Source: Octopus sinensis
Taxonomy: Eukaryota
NCBI RefSeq assembly: GCF_006345805.1
Contig: NC_043006.1
Coordinates: forward strand, 39,742,001 to 39,806,000
Direction: 5' to 3'
DNA: 64,000 bases
Shown here: positions 53,892-64,000 of the stretch, piece after piece
Position numbering within the stretch: the stretch's first letter is position 1
How the letters are laid out: the number at the start of each line of letters is the position of its first letter
Made by a program: the position numbers and the translations under genes
The notes under the pieces: generated by a model
The model's database searches: none
What the model was told of the DNA's origin: nothing
Seen by the model: only the letters and a program-made list of their open reading frames with translations

Positions 53892-54654
53892 CAAGAGTTT
53901 CGGAATGGATTATGGAAAACACAAACAGACACAGACACACACATACACGCACGCAAACACACGTACACACGAACAATCAAACAAACACATGAAGACATGA
54001 TAATTATGCATGTGTATATATATGTTCACAAGACGTTTACGGGTTCTTCACTCGATAAAGCCTACTGACGACACTTGATGGGTTTTTATTATTCAGTTTC
54101 CTTTGCTGGCGTATCAATTAACATAGTTTTCCCCTTCTCTTTCAGGCTGGATGTATATATACACAATTATACGTATGCATCTAAGTTTGAACATGTACAG
54201 AAAGTGAGAGAAAGCCGGAGGGCGGGAGAAAAAGAGAATTACAGGTTTCAGTTGCATGTGTATATAGACTTACCACAGAATGTTAAGTTTATATACGTTG
54301 TAGACTTAATATCGATAACAGACGAACCGATTCACGAAAGCAATTTCCATTTCCGGCTGTAACCAAACAAATTCAAACCAGTCACTAATTGTGATCCAGT
54401 GCTAAAATTGGTAAATTTTTGGACAAAATTCCTTTGCGCCATATTTTGTGAAGAGCCTCTATGAGTTCTAATCATGTCGAAGGAGACTTCATTCATAATC
54501 GATAACATAAAGCATCATTCAGTGCACTGGAATTTTCTAAAACAGGGATAATCTAAATACAATAATATGGCTCCTGTACCATAAGTTTTGTATATATATA
54601 TAAGAAATATTGAATTTCTAAATCTCTCGTAGAGAGATGTACGGTGGTGGGGCG

Positions 54655-55079
54655 ATAGAATGGTTGTATACTGTCAATCTAACAAGAACGTGACAGTAGG
54701 GGGTACACCACCGTTGTATAGCCCTAGGAGGCATCGAACGCCTCCTGACAGCCTCGACACATTTCCCTGTGTCTTATTTTGATAATCAGTGAATAGACTT
54801 CACTGAGTTTATATATATATAGATACGAAGTCCAGGCAGATATCACCAGCCGACCGGTGTCTGCTACTCTAGGCCGATGAAGGACAATGATCCTGAAACA
54901 CGGTGTCCCTAGATGCAGTTCCGGCGGTTGGGGGTGTTTGTCTCCCCTTCGTATATGTATATAAGGACACAGGGAAAAAATGTGTCGAAGCTGTCAGGAG
55001 GCGTTCGATGCCTCCTAGGGCTATACAACGGTGGTGTACCCCCTACTGTCACGTTCTTGTTAGATTTACAGTATACAAC

Positions 55080-55087
<8 letters not shown>
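54655..55087. mobile_element. Penelope-like insertion with inverted arms (54655-54777 / 54961-55087) around a hammerhead
   Basis: ~125-bp arms with internal hairpin AGGAGGC-7nt-GCCTCCT; (TA)n tail at right. Confidence 0.7.
54868..54913 (+). ncRNA. Minimal type I hammerhead motif, U4C variant, GUC cleavage triplet
   Basis: TCTAGG-CCGATGA-AGGA-caatga-TCCT-GAA-ACACGGTGT-C-CCTAGA; all three stems pair. Confidence 0.7.
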
Positions 55088-55123
<36 letters not shown>

Positions 55124-55287
55124 AAAGTCCAAAGAAGGGAAGACGGAGAAAGAAAATCGCCAACGATACACACGCGGTTACGCGCACACACACACACACA
55201 TATACATATATATATATGTGTGTGTGTGTGTGTATGTATATATATATATATATAATATATATATATATTATATATATTATATATATA

Positions 55288-55358
<71 letters not shown>

Positions 55359-55484
55359 TACATATATAGATGTAATATATGGTATAATTCTCAACAGGGC
55401 AAATTTTCGCCATTTCTCCGCAGACTGAAAAAAATTAGAAACAAACTTAATACATACATACATACATATATATATATATATAAT

Positions 55485-55559
<75 letters not shown>

Positions 55560-55609
55560 TATTGTTGTACTCGATCATTGCAATTAGTATTTTATCATTC
55601 ACCGCTTGG

Positions 55610-55815
55610 TGAGGCGAGGTGCAAGTATAGGCATCAAGCCGGTAAAAATGGCTTAGAGGTATTTCATCCGTCTCTACATTCTAAGTTCCAATTCTGCGGT
55701 GGTTGAACTGGTCTTTCGTCCGGTCTGGGTCGATAAAATAAGCAGCAGTTAAGTAGTCGGGTCGATATAATCACTTTACGCCTCCCTCCAAATTTCAGGC
55801 GTTGTGCCTATAGTA
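55610..55815 (+). mobile_element. Meta-domain SINE family D, decayed
   Basis: GGGTCGATAAAATAAG...GGTCGATATAATC...AAATTTCAGGC. Confidence 0.55.
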
Positions 55816-55820
55816 ACTGG

Positions 55821-55871
<51 letters not shown>

Positions 55872-55872
55872 T

Positions 55873-56193
55873 AGTAGTTTTATTTTTTATAGCGTGCTTC
55901 CACTTCACTACCGAGCGCAGCTCTGTGTGCCTTGGGTACGTGCTGTGATTTGTTGTAATGCTCTGATGGTTATTGTATGGAAAGTGTTCTGCGTAGGATG
56001 TGTGCAGTGCCTAGTAGTGCAATTTTCTGTATGTTATATGTGTTTGTAAGTCCTGGTGTTTTTGTTATGTATTTGTCTGAATATTTTTTATCATGCCTAA
56101 TGCACCTACTATGATAGGAATTGTTTCTGTTTTTAGATTCCACATTCTGGTTACCTCCATTTCCAGGTCTTTGTATTTTGAAAGTTTCTCCAT
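55873..56193 (-). mobile_element. R4/Dong-clade 3' fragment (second family) in (TAA)n
   Basis: EKLSKYKDLEMEVTRMWNLKTETIPIIVGALGMIK...NIQKIALLGTAHILRRTLSIQ*; homologous to the 3072 C-terminus but with a different 3' UTR. Confidence 0.85.
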
Positions 56194-56208
56194 ATTATTA
56201 TTATTATT

Positions 56209-56761
56209 GAGTGAGCGAGCAGAGCATGCCATCAAAGTGACACTGGGGTAAAATATACGAAGCCTAGTATACCCATCATGACTACCCGTCTGATAAGGGT
56301 ACACCAGGCACATGCATCACAACCATATGTGCGCGACATGGTGATCTGATATCAAGATAAACAGCACATGACCTTGCAGGTGGAGCCCAGTTAGAATTTT
56401 CTTCAGATCGAGTCACCCATCCCGCTCAAAAGGTCCCTGAATAAGGGTTGTTTAAGGACGTTGAACGAAACACCCATGTTTCCAGAGGTGAATTATTCAA
56501 ACCCCAAAGAATCCTTCTCAACACATGGCTATGATGCTCCCCCACTACTTCTGCTCGTGATCAGAGATGCACATATCGTCAGCCACTAAGGGACATGCTC
56601 AACTGGTTAAGGTCAAACAACTGACAAGCAAATCTGTGGTATTGAGCAGAATATTTGCTGTAGCCCATCTTTTATACCAAGACAAAACAATGTCCATGAT
56701 AACACTTCCAATCAGTTAAGATCAGAAGCCATGAGAGCCACTGCCTGGTACTGCATCAGGG

Positions 56762-56762
<1 letters not shown>
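56209..56762 (-). mobile_element. Element X copy 3 (full length)
   Basis: Reverse complement of 4482-5035; (TAA)n on both sides. Confidence 0.85.
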
Positions 56763-56833
<71 letters not shown>

Positions 56834-56858
56834 CATTATTATTATTATTATTATTATT

Positions 56859-57208
56859 GAGTGAGAGTGCAGTGCATGCCATGTAAGTGACACTGGGGTA
56901 AAATATATGAAGCCCAGTATACCCATCATGACTACCCGTCTGATAAGGGTACACCGGGTACATGCATCATAACCAAATGTGCGCGACATGGTGGTCTCAT
57001 ATCAAGATAAACAGCACATGACCTTGCAGGTGGGGCCCAGTTAGAATTTTCTTCTGGTCGAGTAGGTCATCCCGCTCAAAAGGTCCCTGAATAAGGGTTG
57101 TTTAAGGATGTTGAACGAAACACCCATGTTTCCAGAGGTGAATGATAACACTTCCAATCATTTAAGATCAGAAGCCACGAGAGGCACTGCCTGGTACTGC
57201 ATCAGGGC
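56859..57208 (-). mobile_element. Element X copy 4 (~200-bp internal deletion)
   Basis: Both termini retained; junction GGTGAAT|GATAACAC at ~57143. Confidence 0.85.
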
Positions 57209-57509
57209 ACTTATTATTATTATTATTGTTGTTGTTGTTGTTGTTATTATTCAACTTCTTACGGAATCATTTTAAGTGTGTAGAGTGCACCAATTACCGC
57301 AATGACAACTATCGCCTTTGTCTTCCATAATCTCTCCACCCTCTCCTCCTCTCACCCTCTCTCTCTTTTGCTTGATGTTGTTATTTCTCAGGTTTCTTAG
57401 TTCCTTTGATGTCCATCCTATTAACATAGCACTTTGCAAAGTCTGTGATGTGGAGGATTGACAATATTGATAAAACGTTGAACGAAATGTCTGGAAGTAT
57501 TTATCTATC

Positions 57510-57735
57510 TATCTTTACTTTTAATTTGTTTTCATCATTAGACTACGGCCATGCTGAGGCACAACCCTGAAGAATTTTAGTCGAACTAATCAACGCCAAT
57601 AATTATATTTTTAAAAGCCTGGTACTTATTCTATCGGTCTTTCTGCCGAATCGCTAAGTTACGGGGATGTAAACATACCAGCACTGGTTGTCAAGTGGTG
57701 ATGGGAGTCAAACAAACGCACAAAGACACGCATAC
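57510..57735 (-). mobile_element. SINE family A 3' half
   Basis: Matches 25-130. Confidence 0.65.
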
Positions 57736-60190
57736 ATACATACATGCATACATACATACATACATATATACATACATATATACATACATACATACGCATA
57801 TACATATATACATACGTGTGTGTGTGTGTTAATGTGCGTGTATGTGTATATAATATATATATATATACATATATACAAAAAACTAGCAAACGATGGATAA
57901 ATGTCAGTTCATTACAGCTGTTTCTAACGCATTTTTTAAAAGCTGAATGAGTACATCACATCATAGCAAAAAACCGATTTCATCGGATCATACATAGAAA
58001 TTCAGACAATAGAACAATCCCTGAACACAGTAGGAACACACCTAGACTCCAACCGAAGCTGGCCTGGAATAGAAAAAGAAACATAGGACTATAATGACCA
58101 TTAAAGAGCTAGACAGGCATTAAGAGATTATTTAGTGAGTAGAAGTAAGAGAAGATTTATAGTCACCTTACCGGTGAAAGTGAAATGTCCTTAGCGGACA
58201 AAAGAGATGCAACTAAGCATTTTACCTGGTGTGCTAATGATTCTGTCATCTCGCCGCCATTAAGAATGAATGATAATAATACAAAACATACGAATGGTGT
58301 ATTTGCTGGTAGGCTGCGTATAACGCGCTGGAGAAAACTCTCTCAAGGTGCCGGATATTAAAACACCCGAAAGTTATGGATAGGCGAGATATTCCATCTC
58401 TAATCCCATCTAGGAGTGAAGGACATCGAAGTTTCGATATTTTCGTGGCTTATCACCATCACATACCCGAACCGGATCGGAGATGAATCATTTCTCCAGT
58501 CCACGATTTATATGCATATAACGTGCATACTACTTGCGGGTATACCCGAAAGAAGCAGCACTAGTATAAATTAGAGTGATTAAATATGGGTTATCGCGCC
58601 TGTCCATGACTTGCTGGTCTTTTACCACCTGCACCATTTCGCAGCCCACTGGCAAATACACGAATCATATACGTCCAATATATGTGGTTGATAATGTTTA
58701 TTGTGCTTGCGCTGCTTCTGTTTCATATTTGAATATATATAAATACCTGAAAACGAGCTCAAATAAAGGCCTTATTGCTTTAATTCTATATTATTCTTAG
58801 CGAATCTGACCAGTGTTTTAAATTTATCCTAGTTTACCACGGGTTTAGGTTGAAAACAGAAAAACACTGTGACAAATGAATCATCTCCACACATTTTGTA
58901 AATCGTACGAACGGTAGATTCGTCGCCACCATGTTGGCGGCAAGCTTCTTCTGTGATGTATTTTCATAATCATCTCTATCTTTTCCTATAGAGAACACAC
59001 ATGTCTGCACCTTTTCTGAGGATCAGAAACCTCTGTCTATTCCTTCTGTTCATTGGTCCTATATTGATGTCTATCGAGCACGGTCATGTAAATACAAACA
59101 ATAGCCAGTGCATCCTGAGTAACTGATCCTTCTGGTTAGTCGTTAGATCGCGTTTGCACCGCTGAAGCAGAGATCAATCCGTATAAAACATAGCATGGTT
59201 CACAATTGGATGTACTTTGTTACTCCGGATCAGTGATGAATGAACTTGTGATAAACGAGGTTACATACACCTATTTTTTTCCATTTCCGCTCGGAATCGA
59301 ATATGTGATCACTTGACTTCATGTATCAATGCAAGGTCGTTCTAACTCTCATCACACCTATACGATGTGAGCATTTATTCAAATTTGCACAATATAACAC
59401 CACGATAACATTACTTCTTCTTTTAATATAAGGTTGAAAGCTTAGTCAACGAAGAAGCGTTACAGCCAGATATAATCTAGACAAGACCCCGATATCTTCC
59501 TCAAGTCCCCGATATCTTGCACAAGTCCCTGATATTTCCAGACGAGCAAAATCAGGAACCATGATCTGGATACGGCCTGGCCCCCTAATTGTGTAAGAAT
59601 TTAAGGACCGTGACACTTGCTTGAGCGAGATTTCTTCTCTGAAGGGCTTCTGTTGGTCAGCTTTCTTGAAAGATTCATACCACTTACTCTTTGCGGTTTC
59701 CCATCACGGTAGATATAGTGATTAGTATCTTGATATACTACTAGATGTAGATATAGTGATTAGTATCTTGTAGTATCTGTCTTTGCTTCATTGGACAAAC
59801 ATTTAAGATCGTCTCATCCAGCTTTTCTGTAATCGGACTAAATTTACATTAAGAACTGCAGATGTTTTTCTTACTATGAACATCACGAGTGAGGGTAGTT
59901 TTTTTGTTGTTGTTGTTTTTCGTAACTTCCTTTGTAAAGTCAAAAAGATTTATGTTTTCCTGATCAGATTCCGTGGGGTATATTGCAGAGAGTTAAACCT
60001 CATTAAGTTATGTATTCCTCTGTGCGGGCTTATGTGTGCGTGTGCGTGTATGTGTGTGCGTGCGTGCGTGTGTGTGTGTGTTTATGCATGTGTGTGTGAG
60101 TTTGTGCGTGTGCTTGTGTGTAGTTGTTTGTGTGTGTGTGTGTGTGTTTATGTGTGAGCTTCTGCGTGTGCTTGTGTGAAGTGGTTTGTT

Positions 60191-60231
<41 letters not shown>

Positions 60232-60321
60232 CTGTGTGTGTGTTGCTAGTGTGTATATTCCAATACTGAATATACATACTACATAAGTACATATCTACAC
60301 ATGTATGTCTATATTTTTTTT

Positions 60322-60713
60322 ATTCTTGGCACAAGGCCCGAAATTTTTAAGGGGGGGGGAATGAGTCGACTCCATCGACCTCAGTATGCAAATGGTACTT
60401 AATTTATCGACCCGAAAAGATGAAAGGCAAAGTCGACCTCGGTGGAATTTGAACGTAGAACGTAAAGACAGACGAAATACCTATTTCTTTACTACCTACA
60501 AGGTGCTAAACACAGAGAGGACATACAAGGACAGACAAACGGGTTAAGTCGATTATATCGACCCCGGTGCGTAACTGGTACTTATTTAATCGACCCCGAA
60601 AGGATGAAAGGCAAAGTCGACCTCGACGGAATTTGAACTCAGAACGTAGCGGCAGACGACATACCGCTAAGCATTTCGCCCGGCGGGCTAACGTTTCTGC
60701 TAGCTCGCCGCCT
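60322..60713 (-). mobile_element. Meta-domain SINE family D, two units
   Basis: Head-Meta-Tx1-like tail-GTATTTCGTCTG-Meta-terminal tail, as in 8473. Confidence 0.85.
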
Positions 60714-61284
60714 TTGTATGTGTATATATTATGTGAATATGATGTATTGAATATGTGTGTGTGTGTGTGTGTATGTGGGTGTTGCTGTTTATGTTTCTGT
60801 GTGTGTGTTTGCAGTTGTATGTGTGCGTGCTTGTGTGTAACGAGTGCGCGAATTTATGATAGAAACATGTAACTGAATAAGTGGGAAGGTTTCTCTATTG
60901 GTTCTTCAAACATGTGGATTACTAGATAGAAGAACTCTTGACCAAAATCCTTCCGGTGAGTGAATTAAAAACCAACGAGGAAATAATTCCAATATTGACA
61001 TTTGGAGTAGGTTAAAGGAAATACACAGAAGCAGGCACGTTCTGTAATGGATTGACCGAATCGGTAGCTTGCCAGGCAAAATTTCTCAGGAATTTAGTTA
61101 CAGCCCTTTACATTTTCATTTCATATCTCGATGATATCTTTGCGTATCATTCTTCCGAGTCGATGTAATTTAATCGCTGTCCAATATTGGTCCGTTGCTA
61201 CAATGGTTATTAGATATAAAATGGTAAAACGGAGAAGTAAAAGTAATGTCTGATAATCTAGCATGCTAATAGTTTACAGCTATC

Positions 61285-61490
61285 GTAGCAAGCTAGGTAA
61301 AATGCTTAGTGGTATTTCATCCGTCTTTACGTTCTGAGTTCAATTTCCACCGAGGTCGATTTTGTTTTTGATCTTGTTGGAGTCAATAAAATAAGAAGAT
61401 ACTTGCCCAAGATACCGCGCAGTGGGGCTGAACCAGAATATCATGGATTTGCAAATCATGCTTCTTAAACACAAGGCTGTACCTACGACG
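61285..61490. mobile_element. Decayed SINE D fragment (+) joined to SINE A head (-)
   Basis: GTTCTGAGTTCAATTTCCACCGAGGTCGA then AGAAGATACTTGCCCAAG. Confidence 0.55.
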
Positions 61491-61675
61491 CAAAAAAACC
61501 CAAAAGAATTGTTGAACAACTTTTGGAAAAGTCAAATATGTTTAAATGGTTGATCAGGAGATTCGTTGTCTAAACTCACACAAACACACATCCGCACACA
61601 CATCCACGCGCACACACACACATCCACATCCACACAAAGGCACACTGCCATATATACATACATGCCCATATATAT

Positions 61676-61736
<61 letters not shown>

Positions 61737-61743
61737 TTGTATG

Positions 61744-61845
<102 letters not shown>

Positions 61846-62326
61846 ATATATATATATGTGCATGCAATATTGACGTGTATATTAGTGTGTGAAGAGAGAA
61901 AGAGAAAAGAAAGACTTGGATGGTTGTAAACGAGTTTGTAAGTTACAAAAGATAAGCATTATAGCAACATTGTTATGTAATGAATTATTACATACACCCA
62001 CCTTATATCTTCCTTCTATTTATTTAGAAATCTAAACCATTCGCCTAATTGACAAAAAACTTATATGACAGATATGTAAGATAAGTTCTGGCAACGTGGA
62101 TATTTATGTTGTTCTGTGAGATAATTACTCAACACATCTTGAAAGAAAAGTCTTCACACTTTTTGCATTTAAAGAACAATGTAAAAGAATAGAAAAAAAA
62201 AAGCAATATCTGTAGATTAAGAAATCAGTTTCTCTAGAGATGTTGCCATTTATTTCTACAAAGGTGACACTTTTCATATTTCGTTTTTCGGAGAATCCCT
62301 TCGCAGACAATGAACAATATACATAC

Positions 62327-62365
<39 letters not shown>

Positions 62366-62617
62366 ATTATTTAATTATTTAATATTTAATTCTTATGCTT
62401 TCCTAAAAACTTGATTTCGAAACGTGCGTCCGTAGATAACTTAAAATTGTATGATAGATTGCCGTCAATTCATTCTCTCTTACCTGTTTGTGTCTGCCTT
62501 CCAATTGCTGTTTTTACTGAGATCTCCCTTTTTAGTAGAAGAAATAGCTATAACTTTTGACTGCTATTTCTAAATTCGGTATGTGGTAAGGCAATTCGTT
62601 GCTAACCCTTTATTGCT

Positions 62618-62660
<43 letters not shown>

Positions 62661-62830
62661 TGTGATGTATATGTTTAAATAGTTGATATATTATATATAT
62701 ATATATATACAGAGACATACATTACACATATATATACACCTACAGAGCATCACGTCAAGGGTGTAAGATATGAAACTATATATACATTCATATATATATG
62801 TTTATATATGTGTATATATATGTGTATACT

Positions 62831-62862
<32 letters not shown>

Positions 62863-62902
62863 CATATATATATGTATATATATGTATATACATATATATT
62901 TA

Positions 62903-62977
<75 letters not shown>

Positions 62978-63057
62978 CCATAGAGCTTAACCATTGTCTA
63001 TACATAGCACTTAGCGTACCCGACACCTTTTGGGTCTTCTTGACACCAAACCTCTCA

Positions 63058-63186
<129 letters not shown>

Positions 63187-64000
63187 TACATATATTGCTA
63201 AACCTTTCTGCCTGTTGCATTCAGGCCATAAGGTCTTGTTTCCTCGCGCTCGCCAGTTACCCTCTCGTCCATGCCAGAACAAAGGCTTTCGTTCGTCTTT
63301 TTCGTTGTTCTCTTGTTTATTTTTGATTTCTCATATTGTAATTTAATTGTCGTTATGTATTTTCGTGTACATGTATCTTTAATTTTGTATTATTTTTTTC
63401 TTGTATGTATTTTTTGTGCAGTTCTTTGTTACGTCCCTTTTTGTGTTACATTTTTCCTGCTCGTTTACCCCTCTACGAGTTTATTTTATTTTAATTCTCT
63501 CGTAAGAAGGCCTAGCTTGCCTGTCTTGCCTTCGAAACACGTGTCTGCTAGCGACAGCTGATGAAGGGGATTTTTCCTTGTGTAGCATGTCCTGTACTTC
63601 GTTTTTCTGCTACACATAATTGTTTTTCCCGTTTTCGTTTTCGTTTCGTCTTGTTCCACGTCTCTGTCCTTCTGTTGTAAAAAAATGTCTTCTCCGTTTT
63701 CGTTCTGTTGATTTTTTCGTCTTCTTGTGATGTCCTGTACGTATATATATATTTATATATGCATGTATATATATACATTTAGATGTCGGTACGTACATAT
63801 ATGTTTGTATGTAGGCATATATTTTATTTATTACACTATATATATATATATATACTTATTTATATATATATATACTTATATATATATATATATATACTTA
63901 TTTATATATATATAATAATTTATATATATATAATAATTGAAACCAAATTTCAAATAACTATTTTTCGTATCTGCAACAGACAAAATTAAAAAACGTTCGA

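Noticed and set aside
63500-63580. GAAACACGTGTC followed by CTGATGA, a possible permuted hammerhead
   Set aside because: Stem I cannot be closed without adding a base and stem II is weak; probably a decayed Penelope-like fragment.

Overview
An AT-rich, microsatellite-saturated eukaryotic window. The repeat content (tRNA-headed CORE/Meta/V-like SINEs, dense (TA)n, (TAA)n and (GATA)n tracts) looks like a cephalopod such as Octopus; this is an inference. I see no convincing host protein-coding gene. All recognisable coding sequence is transposon-derived: a young, 5'-truncated Tx1-clade LINE (27850-32384, -), a full-length degenerate RTE LINE (35772-39180, -), two R4/Dong 3' fragments in (TAA)n, a CR1 fragment, a decayed mariner, a hAT/Charlie element with TIRs and TSD, and a 426-bp MITE. 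Three observations stand out. (1) A ~550-bp non-coding element with many G.U-rich stems occurs in four copies, always inside (TAA)n and co-oriented with R4/Dong remnants; it is a candidate new non-autonomous retroposon. (2) At least four families of minimal hammerhead-ribozyme motifs of the Penelope type are present, three within inverted-repeat insertions, including a compensatory G3:C8 core variant. (3) A Meta-domain SINE carries a tail resembling the Tx1 3' end and builds tandem arrays at a fixed junction. Boundaries of decayed repeats are approximate, and all folds were read by eye, not computed.
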